A program made the translations under genes and the position numbers. 32,000 nucleotides of DNA from Candidatus Heimdallarchaeota archaeon (GTDB lineage: Archaea; Asgardarchaeota; Heimdallarchaeia; Heimdallarchaeales; Heimdallarchaeaceae), in the NCBI GenBank assembly GCA_030668875.1, contig DAOVER010000011.1:30001-62000 (forward strand), written 5' to 3'. The notes under the pieces are model-generated. The model had not been told where the DNA came from, ran no database searches, and saw only the letters and a program-made list of their open reading frames with translations. This document shows positions 1-9,303 of this stretch, piece after piece (positions within the stretch are counted from its first letter, which is position 1; each line of letters opens with the position of its first letter).

Positions 1-726
1 ATTATTGAACTGGTTAGACTAGAAAATGAATGGGTTCCAAAATCACCTGGAACGACATTATACGTTAGACCAACAATGATTGCAACTGAAGTAGCATTGG
101 GAGTTCATCCTAGTGACAAATATCTTTTTTACATCATTTTATCGCCAGTAGGTCCTTACTTCACAACAGGATTCAAACCTACAAAGGTTTATGTTGCAAG
201 CACACATATCAGAGCTGCACCAGGTGGTACTGGAGAAGCTAAAACTGGTGGAAACTACTCTCCTACTCTCTTGTCACAACAAAAAGCTAAATCACTAGGT
301 TATCCTCAAGTCTTATGGTTAGACGCCATTGAAAGAAGATATATCGAAGAAGCAGGAGCTATGAACATAATGTTCGTAATCGACGGAGAAATTTACACAC
401 CTCCTCTTGATGGTACTATTCTTCGTGGAATTACAAGAGCATCAGTACTCGAATTAGCTCAAGATTTGGGATATACTATACATGAAGAACCTATTGAAAT
501 ATTTAATCTTATTGAGAAAATACAAAATGGCTCTTGTAGTGAAATATTTTGTGTTGGAACAGCTGCTTCTATAACTCCTTTAGGAGAAATATTTTACAAA
601 GGTGAATCTCACATAGTTAATGGTTATGAGGTTGGGAAAATCACAAAACATCTCTATGATGAGTTAGTAGGCATTCAATTTGGTAAAATTCCTGATAGGT
701 TCAATTGGATGTATAAAGTATATTGA
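1..726 (+). CDS. ilvE: Branched-chain amino acid aminotransferase (class IV PLP), 5' truncated by window edge
   Basis: Frame 1 is open from base 1 (IIELVRLENEWVPKSPGTTLYVRPTMIATE). Motifs AKTGGNY (PLP Lys), EEAGAMN, ILRGITRASV and GTAASITP. Confidence 0.95.
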   Translation: MIELVRLENEWVPKSPGTTLYVRPTMIATEVALGVHPSDKYLFYIILSPVGPYFTTGFKPTKVYVASTHIRAAPGGTGEAKTGGNYSPTLLSQQKAKSLGYPQVLWLDAIERRYIEEAGAMNIMFVIDGEIYTPPLDGTILRGITRASVLELAQDLGYTIHEEPIEIFNLIEKIQNGSCSEIFCVGTAASITPLGEIFYKGESHIVNGYEVGKITKHLYDELVGIQFGKIPDRFNWMYKVY

Positions 727-769
727 ATTAAGGAAAAAGTTCTTAATTCTCCCCTTTTCTTACTTTTTA

Positions 770-1105
770 ATGAGTTCTATAGATTCCTTAACCACAAAGA
801 TAATCGAATTTAGAGATGCTAGAAAATGGAAAAAGTTTCACACACCAAGAAATCTAGCTCTTTCATTAGTAATTGAGACAGGAGAGCTTTTCGAAATTAT
901 GCAATGGAAAGAAGATCACGAGATTCTATCTGATCTCAATCGATTAAAACCACAGCTCGAAGATGAAATAGCAGATATAGCAATTTATCTTTTCTTACTA
1001 GCACATGAATTTGGTATAAATTTAGCTGATGCAATACCACAGAAGATAGTAAAAAACTGTAAGAAATATCCTCTAGAAGAAAAAGCTAAATTTGAAGAAG
1101 ATTAA
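770..1105 (+). CDS. MazG-like / dCTP pyrophosphatase family nucleotide pyrophosphohydrolase
   Basis: EFRDARKWKKFHTPRNLALSLVIETGELFEIMQW ... EDEIADIAIYL. The ATG at 770 is preferred over the track start at 680, which overlaps ilvE. Confidence 0.88.
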   Translation: MSSIDSLTTKIIEFRDARKWKKFHTPRNLALSLVIETGELFEIMQWKEDHEILSDLNRLKPQLEDEIADIAIYLFLLAHEFGINLADAIPQKIVKNCKKYPLEEKAKFEED

Positions 1106-1109
1106 TATC

Positions 1110-1817
1110 CTAGCGGATTAAGGCACCCCATCTTTTTGTGAGAACGTATGTTCTTATTCTTCCATTGGCATCATATTTCACATCAAAAAACTTTAACTCA
1201 GTTTTGTTTGCAAGTTTCTCAAAGTTCCTTAAAGGTTTTTTAGTTCTACGTTTGAAGACTTTTGCATTAATTAGATTAATAAATCCTCTAATCAAGGAAA
1301 TAGGGTACAATAAAAGTGACTTTGGAAAATATTCTCCGACTATTATAAGTTGTCCTTCTTTAGCCATTAGTCTTTTACATTCATTTAACAACTCTAGTTT
1401 TTGACTTTTTGTAAGTTTTTCAAGAGCAAATATTAAAATTATATTGAGGTTATATCTTGAAAGTGCACTCATTTTACTTAACGAAAATGGCTTCAGGTCC
1501 ATCTTTTCGAGAATTTTCTCATCATTAACTTCAGATTTTGGGCTTACATAAGATGAAGTCATTTCCCTCGCAATTACAGAGATATCTTGGTTTGCTATTT
1601 CCTCACTGAATTTCCCTATTTTTTCTCCTATTACAATTGTTGGACCATTTTTGAGCTTTTCAAATATCCATTCATGGATTTCAGGAAGAAAAAGCTCCAA
1701 ATTTACAGTTTTTTTCAATTTTGTTGTAACAGATTTGATTGCAGAAATGCTTTCATCTGGTTGGTCTTCTTCTTTCTTCTCTACTTGTGGAATATCTGGA
1801 ACTTCAACATCGGACAT
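1110..1817 (-). CDS. Hypothetical protein with probable degenerate class I SAM-methyltransferase fold
   Basis: LEKLTKSQKLELLNECKRLMAKEGQLIIVGE resembles the post-motif-II l..l..vLkpgG.l pattern. Motif I is degenerate (IVIGEKIG). ATG at 1817; the track GTG at 1826 overlaps the upstream stop. Confidence 0.45.
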   Translation of the reverse strand: MSDVEVPDIPQVEKKEEDQPDESISAIKSVTTKLKKTVNLELFLPEIHEWIFEKLKNGPTIVIGEKIGKFSEEIANQDISVIAREMTSSYVSPKSEVNDEKILEKMDLKPFSLSKMSALSRYNLNIILIFALEKLTKSQKLELLNECKRLMAKEGQLIIVGEYFPKSLLLYPISLIRGFINLINAKVFKRRTKKPLRNFEKLANKTELKFFDVKYDANGRIRTYVLTKRWGALIR

Positions 1818-1822
1818 TGTTA

Positions 1823-2503
1823 TCACTTTTGGATCTTTAATTGCCAGTCATAAATAGCTTCGACAATATCAGCTTTGTTCGGTAAATCTTCTTGATTTGT
1901 TTTCTTAAGCAACTTGCAGAATTTGTCTATTTCATAGAAAACCGAGCCTGATATGCCTATATTCATAAGATTATCCTTAGTTTTTTGCAAAACATCTATT
2001 ATGTCCTTTGCATTCTCTAAGTTTATTCTTGAGATTGTTCCTACCATCTCTTTTAGTTTGGTTAGTTCTTCTTCTGGATTCAAACTTACAGTGACATTTG
2101 TTGAAAATCCTTGTTCAATAACTTCTAAAACTTTCTTTTCTCCTTCTTCCAGAGATCCAACAACATTATTTGAGTAATAATAATTTACTAATCTAACGGC
2201 TAACTGGCTTAATCCTTGTTCAAGATCTTTTTCATCTAAATCAGGGATATTATGTAATAAGCCCATTCTTATCAGAATAAGGTCTCTATTCTTCTTTGCA
2301 TATATCATTTCTTGTTCTGTAAGTTCTTTAATTTCAAAAAGACGCTTAACCAAAGAGGAGAATTTATCGAGATCCATGTGTAAAATGTCGTCACGTGTGA
2401 GAAAAGGCTTAATTTTTTCTATTGTAAGTTTCCAAAGAGGGTCTTTTTCTTCCTCTTTCTCATCCTCAAAAACGTCTATCTCTTCACTGTTACTATTATC
2501 CAT
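1823..2503 (-). CDS. Hypothetical soluble, mostly helical acidic protein
   Basis: 226-aa ORF with typical composition, GGAG-free start but stop overlapping the next gene (GTGA). No recognised motif. Confidence 0.75.
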   Translation of the reverse strand: MDNSNSEEIDVFEDEKEEEKDPLWKLTIEKIKPFLTRDDILHMDLDKFSSLVKRLFEIKELTEQEMIYAKKNRDLILIRMGLLHNIPDLDEKDLEQGLSQLAVRLVNYYYSNNVVGSLEEGEKKVLEVIEQGFSTNVTVSLNPEEELTKLKEMVGTISRINLENAKDIIDVLQKTKDNLMNIGISGSVFYEIDKFCKLLKKTNQEDLPNKADIVEAIYDWQLKIQK

Positions 2504-2602
2504 AGGGAGAATATATTCAAAAACATATTAAAGTTTTGCGAGATTTCCAATAATCAATAAGAATAACATAAATTTTTTAATCTAATTGTACTATCCTATC
2601 CT

Positions 2603-3217
2603 ATGAATGTTTATCAAGTTGTTAGAAAAAGATTGAAACAAGTTAAAGAACCTTACAAATTTCTTAACGGTGACGTTTATCTTGTCGTAACACCATTACA
2701 TATTTGGATATGGTTAGGATCAAAATCATTCTGTGATGATAAAGCAGTTGGAGCATGGACAGCGAAGGTAATTGAAGAAGAAAACAAAGATATTGAAATA
2801 GATACAGTGATGGAAGGCGATGAACCTCAAGAATTCAAAGATCTTATCACAATCGAAGTTGTAGAAGGAGACACTCCTGGTTTTCTAAAACACTTTGAAA
2901 AGAAAGTAGATATAGATTACAAATTGCTAAAAATCCAACAAGATTCTGATGGTTTGATCAAAACTTCAGAAGTCTCCATAAAGAAGAAATCCTTCAAATC
3001 AGGAGATAGTTTTGTTTTAGACGCCTGGGATGAGCTTTATGTTTGGATAGGCAAGAAATCACAAGTTAAAGAAAAGTATGAAGCAGGTAGAATTTCAAGA
3101 GCACTTGATGTTGAAAGGAAACGTACTCCTGTTATCTACACGATGGATGAAGGTCAAGAACCAAAAGGTTTCTGGGATATTGTCGAAAGGATCCAAAAAG
3201 AAGATCCAAAACAGTAA
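2603..3217 (+). CDS. Two-domain gelsolin-family protein (Asgard 2DGel-like)
   Basis: Two gelsolin repeats: GDVYLV..IWIWLGSKS..DDK...EGDEPQEF and SGDSFVLD..LYVWIGKKS..EK...EGQEPKGFW. The linker GDTPGFLKHF resembles the gelsolin G1-G2 SGFKHV linker. Confidence 0.9.
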   Translation: MNVYQVVRKRLKQVKEPYKFLNGDVYLVVTPLHIWIWLGSKSFCDDKAVGAWTAKVIEEENKDIEIDTVMEGDEPQEFKDLITIEVVEGDTPGFLKHFEKKVDIDYKLLKIQQDSDGLIKTSEVSIKKKSFKSGDSFVLDAWDELYVWIGKKSQVKEKYEAGRISRALDVERKRTPVIYTMDEGQEPKGFWDIVERIQKEDPKQ

Positions 3218-3242
3218 TTTCATCCTTTCTCTTTTTATTTTT
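3218..3242 (+). terminator. Pyrimidine/T-tract, putative archaeal intrinsic terminator
   Basis: tttcatcctttctctttttatttt directly follows the gelsolin stop codon. Confidence 0.5.
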
Positions 3243-3294
3243 ATGTATTTCGAACGCGAAAGATTAAAATACTTTGAATTGTTTTTTCTGGAGT

Positions 3295-3930
3295 ATGTCT
3301 TTTGAAGATAAAACTCCTGAATCATCAAAAGTAGAAACTTTTGAATCTCTAACAAGAGACCAACAACTCCTTCTATATACCATAGACTACTTAACAAAGT
3401 GGATGGTAAGTGATGAACACTTCGTGAGAAATGAAGGAGACAAAGTTTGGATTAAAGAGCTACCATTGTGGGCTATTATGTACTATCAAATCACTCACGG
3501 ATCATATGAGACTTATGATTACGCCCCTATACCAATTCAATTCTTTGGGAGAAGCAGTTTTACTGTAAATCTTTCATATGAAGGTGTTGATGATGTTGAA
3601 GATTTACGTGAATTAGATGTCCTAGAAAAGATTCGTCTCAGTACATCTCAACACGGTTTTGTTACTGCTTATAGGATTACAGAAATAGGGGACAAATATC
3701 TATTAAAAATTCCTAAGGATGTCATAGATGAAGTTGAAAAACTCTTTTTCTGTGAAAGTTGTCAAAAACGAATGCATTTCTACATGAATATGGGTGATAA
3801 TCCATCAGTTTTAATGGATTGCCCTGATTGTGATGAATCTGATGTTCATTTAGATTTTCTTGAGAGTGAAGATGTAAGTTATGTGTCAAAACCTTACTTT
3901 TTGAAAATAAGTGATATGCTGAAAAGGTGA
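3295..3930 (+). CDS. Winged-helix protein with C-terminal Zn ribbon, function unknown
   Basis: GGAG precedes ATG 3295. The wing-type ending AYRITEIGDKYL follows a YDYAP...SYEGVDDVEDLRE segment; CESC and CPDC pairs lie at the C-terminus. Confidence 0.7.
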   Translation: MSFEDKTPESSKVETFESLTRDQQLLLYTIDYLTKWMVSDEHFVRNEGDKVWIKELPLWAIMYYQITHGSYETYDYAPIPIQFFGRSSFTVNLSYEGVDDVEDLRELDVLEKIRLSTSQHGFVTAYRITEIGDKYLLKIPKDVIDEVEKLFFCESCQKRMHFYMNMGDNPSVLMDCPDCDESDVHLDFLESEDVSYVSKPYFLKISDMLKR

Positions 3931-3934
3931 TTAT

Positions 3935-5713
3935 ATGAGTGATGATAATGATTTAGCAGGAAACATAAAAGATGAATTAACAGAAGTTATCCATATTAAA
4001 GATCCCAAAATCTTTGTTATAGAATGGCTTCCTTTTGACTCTAATCAACTAAGAGAGCTTAACAAAAAAATGGACATTGAAAAAGGAGCACATAAAACTC
4101 TCCTTACAGGTTTAATTGATAAGCAACCAAATGTACCAATTTTTCAATCAAAAGGTGCTCATACAAAAGTATTCGTTGAGGATTATGAACTTGATAGTTT
4201 TGTTAATCTTCAAGCAATTATCGATTTACCTGAAGAAGAAGGTATAGCGCAAGTTGAAGAAATGGCTATTTTTGTCTCAAGAGATGGTTTCATCATTTAT
4301 TCATTAGAGTTGGCTGAAATTGAAAATCTGAATACCTACATGTCAATAGATAAAATAACTCGAGTTGTTGCAGATTTATGTCAAGATAGTTCTGTAGTGA
4401 TTGATAGTCTTTTGACTGAATTCCAAAGGAATTTTATCGAAATTATTTTTGGAGATCCTATCCATCGTCCAAAAACTATCTGTTATGTTGGTGATGATAT
4501 TAAAATCCGACATGAAGACATAAAAGATTACTATGATGGGGAGGAATTTGAGATTGAACTAAGCCAACTATTGGGTGAAGGACATGAACCTTTCCAAGTG
4601 GGTAATAATCTCTTCTTTAAAGGTTCAAGAGGAACATGTGCTATTGTAGATAAGTTTGATAAGGAAACAGAATACCAAATAGTTTTCTGGGGTATTCAGC
4701 ATGCAATGAACAATTTTGTAGATAATTTCATGTCTAGAATTTGGGAATTATATGATCAAACCAAGCAAGTGAAAAAAATCGTTGATGAAGCTGTTGCAGG
4801 CAATACTGATGCTTTAAATACCGTTACAGAAGAAATTACGGTAATTACTAGTACAATTAGTCTAGTTGGACAGATTAAAGAATTTCTTAAAGATTCTAGT
4901 AAAGATTTGTTAGAAATCTATGGAAAAAATGAAAAATGTAATCTTGATGGTTTCTATGAGGTTGAAAATTCCTTAAAATCTTCACAAAGAAGAATTCTCG
5001 AATCTGAAAAAATCATTTCTGGCTTATTAACAGAGCTTGATGGGTTACGAAATTACGTAGCAACTCTTTCAGAATTACAAATGAGAAAGATGTCTAAAGT
5101 AATGACAAAAAACACAAAAAGTATGAATGAAGTACTTCAAGCAAATACTAGAACAAGTGAAGCAATCGATATGATTGAATTGATTTTGGCAGGTAGTATC
5201 ATCTTAGAGATTTTTGCTTTTGCGGTGGGTGAAATTACGACTGAGCAGACATTCTTTGGTTCAATATTAGGGGGAGAAGGTTTTGGGAAGGATCAGTGGA
5301 TCACTCTAGCACTTTTAGTGATTAGTGTTTTCGCTTGGATAACTATAGTTATTCTATTAAGAAGAAGCAAGAAGAAAATGGAGATAGAAGCTTTGCAAGA
5401 TTTCTTTGTAACACTGTCTGTGAATAGAAAAATAGATACGGCTAAAATGGAAGAATATATCTCAGTAAGAACTGTTCAAATAAAAAATGTGGAAAATGAT
5501 AAGGACAATACAATCATCTCATATGTGTGGGATGGTAAAGATGATCCAAATCTGCTAGGAAAAGAAATAGAGAAAGTAAGTCTGAGTTATAACGCGACTA
5601 ACTGTTTATTACTCTCTATAGAAATTGAAACATCTGTGCTAGATATTCCACAGGATGAGCTTCTGGGTTATTTAATGGAAGATCTTGAAGCAAAGGAGAT
5701 ATTTATTAAATAA
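3935..5713 (+). CDS. CorA-like architecture membrane protein lacking the GMN motif
   Basis: AGGTGA SD overlaps the upstream stop. Large soluble N-domain, long stalk helix (~aa 343-410), two hydrophobic helices (~411-432, ~455-475), basic RRSKKK, then a ~110-aa soluble C-domain. Confidence 0.55.
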   Translation: MSDDNDLAGNIKDELTEVIHIKDPKIFVIEWLPFDSNQLRELNKKMDIEKGAHKTLLTGLIDKQPNVPIFQSKGAHTKVFVEDYELDSFVNLQAIIDLPEEEGIAQVEEMAIFVSRDGFIIYSLELAEIENLNTYMSIDKITRVVADLCQDSSVVIDSLLTEFQRNFIEIIFGDPIHRPKTICYVGDDIKIRHEDIKDYYDGEEFEIELSQLLGEGHEPFQVGNNLFFKGSRGTCAIVDKFDKETEYQIVFWGIQHAMNNFVDNFMSRIWELYDQTKQVKKIVDEAVAGNTDALNTVTEEITVITSTISLVGQIKEFLKDSSKDLLEIYGKNEKCNLDGFYEVENSLKSSQRRILESEKIISGLLTELDGLRNYVATLSELQMRKMSKVMTKNTKSMNEVLQANTRTSEAIDMIELILAGSIILEIFAFAVGEITTEQTFFGSILGGEGFGKDQWITLALLVISVFAWITIVILLRRSKKKMEIEALQDFFVTLSVNRKIDTAKMEEYISVRTVQIKNVENDKDNTIISYVWDGKDDPNLLGKEIEKVSLSYNATNCLLLSIEIETSVLDIPQDELLGYLMEDLEAKEIFIK

Positions 5714-5720
5714 CTTGTAA

Positions 5721-5745
5721 CCTCTTTTCTTCTCTTTTTTCATTT
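5721..5745 (+). terminator. T-tract putative terminator
   Basis: cctcttttcttctcttttttcattt after the stop at 5713. Confidence 0.5.
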
Positions 5746-5785
5746 AGATAGTTTTAATTACTACTTCTTAAATTATGATGATGAT

Positions 5786-6532
5786 ATGCCTAAAAATAAA
5801 AAAGCTTTATCGATTCAAACCACTGAATTGATTAAGGATTTTGAGTTACAGGGAGAGGAAATTGTTCATGTACTGACAGGTGTAAATATGAAGGTAAAAC
5901 CTGGAGAGTTTTTGGCATGCATGGGGCCTTCGGGCAGTGGAAAGTCCACTCTTCTAAACATATTAGCCACTTTAGAACCAATTACTGATGGAAAAGTGCT
6001 AATTAGTGGAGTTAATCTTCATGACACTTCCTACAAAGATCAATTAGAAATTAGACGAAATACAACAGCATTAGTTTTCCAAAACTTTGCATTAATTCCA
6101 TATCTTACTGCTAAAGAAAATGTCAAACTTCCTATGAAATTAAGAGGGGTTCCAGAGTCGGAGGCAGAAGAAAAAGCGATTAGTTTTCTAGAACAAGTTG
6201 GTCTTTACGCTCGTTTAGACCACTTACCTGAAGAACTAAGTGGTGGTGAGCAACAAAGGGTTGCAATTGCAAGAGCGCTTGCACATGAACCTGATATAAT
6301 TTACGCTGATGAACCTACTGGGAATCTTGACACAAGTATTGGAAAAGAAATTATTCAATTGTTTAAGACATTAGCAAAAGAGAAGAAGATTACTATTATT
6401 ATGGTTACACATGATCCAGATTGTGCAATTGAAACAGACCGTATATACATCCTTCAAGAAGGGAAAGTTCTCGAAGAAAGAGTCACGTCTATAAAGAAAC
6501 GCAGTAGTAAAATGGGGGATAAAAAGAAATGA
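5786..6532 (+). CDS. ABC transporter ATP-binding protein, LolD/MacB family
   Basis: Walker A GPSGSGKST, signature LSGGEQQRVAIARAL, ADEPTGNLD, VTHD. Confidence 0.93.
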   Translation: MPKNKKALSIQTTELIKDFELQGEEIVHVLTGVNMKVKPGEFLACMGPSGSGKSTLLNILATLEPITDGKVLISGVNLHDTSYKDQLEIRRNTTALVFQNFALIPYLTAKENVKLPMKLRGVPESEAEEKAISFLEQVGLYARLDHLPEELSGGEQQRVAIARALAHEPDIIYADEPTGNLDTSIGKEIIQLFKTLAKEKKITIIMVTHDPDCAIETDRIYILQEGKVLEERVTSIKKRSSKMGDKKK

Positions 6533-9303
6533 AGATTACAAATATTTTTTCAACATTAGGTTTATCCTTTAGAAGTATTTTTTCTAATAAAAGAAGAAGC
6601 ATTTCGATAGGTGCAGGAATGGTTCTAGGAGCAGCAATCTTCTCAAGTATCTTCTTCTATGGGTCCATGATAAACTCAATTACAGTTCAAGATATAGTTA
6701 ATAATACCGAAGCAGAGATAGCTTTTTCTCCAATCAGTGCTGTTTCAGAATATACTCCAGAACAATTTGCATATAAGATTACAGAAGAAGTAGAAATAGA
6801 GGATAGTATTGTAATGTACGGTGGGATGCAAGAACTGGATGACCATTTCGAGGTATTCTATGATTCTCAGATTACACCAGAGGTTAATTTCACCGAATAT
6901 AGTGGTGTTCAATATGCTAATCCTTTCTATATGCCATTTATCATAGACGATGATTTCATTAACAGCAGTATAGTTAATTCTGTAAATATGGTTGCTGGAG
7001 ATAATGATTTGAGTGGAAATAATTGCTTATTATCTATCGATCAGTACAAAACCTTAGGAATACAACTTGATGACACATTACCATTCAATTTTACACTCTA
7101 TAAACGGGATTATAGCGGAGGTTTTGATAATACAGAAATATTGGAAACTTATTCACTTAATCTAACTATCAAGGGTTTCTTTAGAAATAGCCTTCTTTTA
7201 GAAGATCATTATCTACTAATGGGGAGTCACAATCTCCCCAGTGGTATTATTACCAATATGACTTCATATCAAATGTTTAGAATTGCTTCCAAGCTTAACT
7301 TGGAGGAATTCCCTTTAAGTGATTTAATGGATCTTAATAATGCTATTGAACAAGTCATCAGAAGGATAGAACAAAATTATGATTTAGAAGGGAATAATCT
7401 TATTTCAGGGCAGTTATTTGCTTTTATAGGTATGATAACTATAATGCAATTGCTTGATACAATATTATACATACCTGCAATAGTACTATCTATCATTCTA
7501 ATTAATCTTGGAGCAGAACTTGCTCTGCAAGAAAGAAAATTTGAGGTTTCCGTACTTAAAGCTCAAGGAGCTAGCCCGAAACAGATACGGCGTATGATAT
7601 TTACAGAAGTATTTTTGATTGCAATTATTGGTGAAATTATTGGATTATTCTTGGGGATGTTAGGCGCAGCGATGGTGCTTTCAACATATCGTTTCATGGT
7701 GATAGATTTCCAAACTTTTGCATTAGCATTAACATCACTGAATATTACCACGTGGAGTATAATAGTAACGGTGATAATAACGTTTGGAATACTTTTTATT
7801 ACTACCAGAAAGAAAACAAACGCTTTCATAAAACAAGAAGTAGCTGTTGCTAAGACTATTGAGAAACAGAAAAAAGGTTGGTTTAAAACCATCTATGGTG
7901 ACGTAATATTCTTTGTCCTAGGACTAATCGGTGTCATTTTAACAGTTGTTGAAGACACAAACCCCGCAGTATCTTATAGTTTTGTTGTAGAATTATTACA
8001 ATTCTTTACACCTATTTTATTATGGTATGGTGGAGCAGCTGTAGTTAGTCGATTATCAACAAAGGTACCTGAAAAACTTGACAAAGTATTAGTTAAAGTA
8101 TTCAAAGACATAGGAAGTTTACTCAAAGGGAGCCTTTCAAGAAGACATCAGAACTTCCCAAGGATGACAGTCCTAATATGCTTATCAGTCTCTTTGAGCG
8201 TTTTTGCAGCAATACAAGGTGAAACTGGTACTGCAGAAATACCAAGACATGCAGATTATTACATTGGAGGCGATATGAGAATAGATGTGCTAGGTTATTA
8301 TCAAGATCTATCTATAACAAACTTCACTGGCTTCGAAGACAAAATAGAATCAGTTATACCTATATACTACACACCACTCCAATCAGGAGCAGATATGGTT
8401 CATTGTTATGGTGCTAATCTCACGCAGTATGGAGAAGAAGCTTTGTGGCATCGCGATTCGATTATTGATTATCCTAATTGGGAAAAAGGATTAGATACCA
8501 TACAAGCTAATCCATTGAGAAATGTAGGAATTGGTCTTGAATCAGCTCGATATCTAGAAATTGATGAAGATCCGGTGTTTAAACTAGACATTTTCAATAG
8601 CTCAGAAATAGAAGTTGAAGCAACAATTGTGATTGATCATGCCCCTGGAGGTGTTAAAGACGAATTTGCAGGTTTTGCAGGATATGCCATTTTAGTTGAT
8701 AGAGAATTCATCTTGAATTATGCACCGTTTACACATACTATAGTACGAGCTATAATAAATTTGAAACCAGGTGTTGATTCAATTGAAGAAAACCTTTCAT
8801 TCCAATTCAATACGAAATTTGATTGGATTGTTGATGCTCAATCTTATGAAGAAGAAATAGAGTTTATTGAAGGTAGAGAGGGATTGAGATTTGGTTTTCC
8901 AGGTTTACTGACAATCAACTTCATAATCGCTATAGTTGCAATTGTTATGGGTATAACTATATTCATGTTCATGATCATAAATCAGAGAAAGAAAGAATTT
9001 GCAATACTGATTGCTGAAGGAGCGTCAAAGAAACAGTTAGTTAAACTGGTTTTAACTGAAGTACTATCTATGGCTATTTTCGCAACGGGATTTGGAACAC
9101 TAATTGGATTCTTATTTGGTTATCAGATAAATTCCTTCTTTGACACGTTTAGTGTGACGACCTTTGATAGATACCTCATCATTCCGCCAATATTGCTCAC
9201 AACAACGATAGTAGGTGCATTTCTTGTCATCTTATTAGCTACTCTAGTGCCAGCTCTGATAGCTGCAAAAACAAATGTAGTGGAGGAAATGAGAACAGTT
9301 TAG
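6529..9303 (+). CDS. FtsX/MacB-like ABC permease, duplicated (two extracellular domains)
   Basis: N-terminal TM after KRRSISIG; two FtsX-type motifs (QERKFEVSVLKAQGASPKQIRRMIFTE and NQRKKEFAILIAEGASKKQLVKLVLTE); ends PALIAAKTNVVEEMR. ATGA overlap with the upstream ATPase. Confidence 0.9.
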   Translation: MKITNIFSTLGLSFRSIFSNKRRSISIGAGMVLGAAIFSSIFFYGSMINSITVQDIVNNTEAEIAFSPISAVSEYTPEQFAYKITEEVEIEDSIVMYGGMQELDDHFEVFYDSQITPEVNFTEYSGVQYANPFYMPFIIDDDFINSSIVNSVNMVAGDNDLSGNNCLLSIDQYKTLGIQLDDTLPFNFTLYKRDYSGGFDNTEILETYSLNLTIKGFFRNSLLLEDHYLLMGSHNLPSGIITNMTSYQMFRIASKLNLEEFPLSDLMDLNNAIEQVIRRIEQNYDLEGNNLISGQLFAFIGMITIMQLLDTILYIPAIVLSIILINLGAELALQERKFEVSVLKAQGASPKQIRRMIFTEVFLIAIIGEIIGLFLGMLGAAMVLSTYRFMVIDFQTFALALTSLNITTWSIIVTVIITFGILFITTRKKTNAFIKQEVAVAKTIEKQKKGWFKTIYGDVIFFVLGLIGVILTVVEDTNPAVSYSFVVELLQFFTPILLWYGGAAVVSRLSTKVPEKLDKVLVKVFKDIGSLLKGSLSRRHQNFPRMTVLICLSVSLSVFAAIQGETGTAEIPRHADYYIGGDMRIDVLGYYQDLSITNFTGFEDKIESVIPIYYTPLQSGADMVHCYGANLTQYGEEALWHRDSIIDYPNWEKGLDTIQANPLRNVGIGLESARYLEIDEDPVFKLDIFNSSEIEVEATIVIDHAPGGVKDEFAGFAGYAILVDREFILNYAPFTHTIVRAIINLKPGVDSIEENLSFQFNTKFDWIVDAQSYEEEIEFIEGREGLRFGFPGLLTINFIIAIVAIVMGITIFMFMIINQRKKEFAILIAEGASKKQLVKLVLTEVLSMAIFATGFGTLIGFLFGYQINSFFDTFSVTTFDRYLIIPPILLTTTIVGAFLVILLATLVPALIAAKTNVVEEMRTV

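Noticed and set aside
680-769. Track start of the MazG-like ORF at 680
   Set aside because: It overlaps the ilvE 3' end and crosses a pyrimidine tract; the family-like sequence begins at ATG 770.
1138-2177. Short + strand ORFs (1138, 1587, 1651, 1953)
   Set aside because: Antisense shadows of the two longer minus-strand genes, with Phe/Ser-rich shadow composition.
3078-3397. ORFs 3078-3305 (+) and 3095-3397 (-), and the 3274 start
   Set aside because: They overlap real genes and a T-tract; ATG 3295 has a GGAG SD.
3935-5713. Naming this gene corA (Mg2+ channel)
   Set aside because: No GMN motif after TM1 and an extra C-terminal domain; only the architecture is CorA-like.
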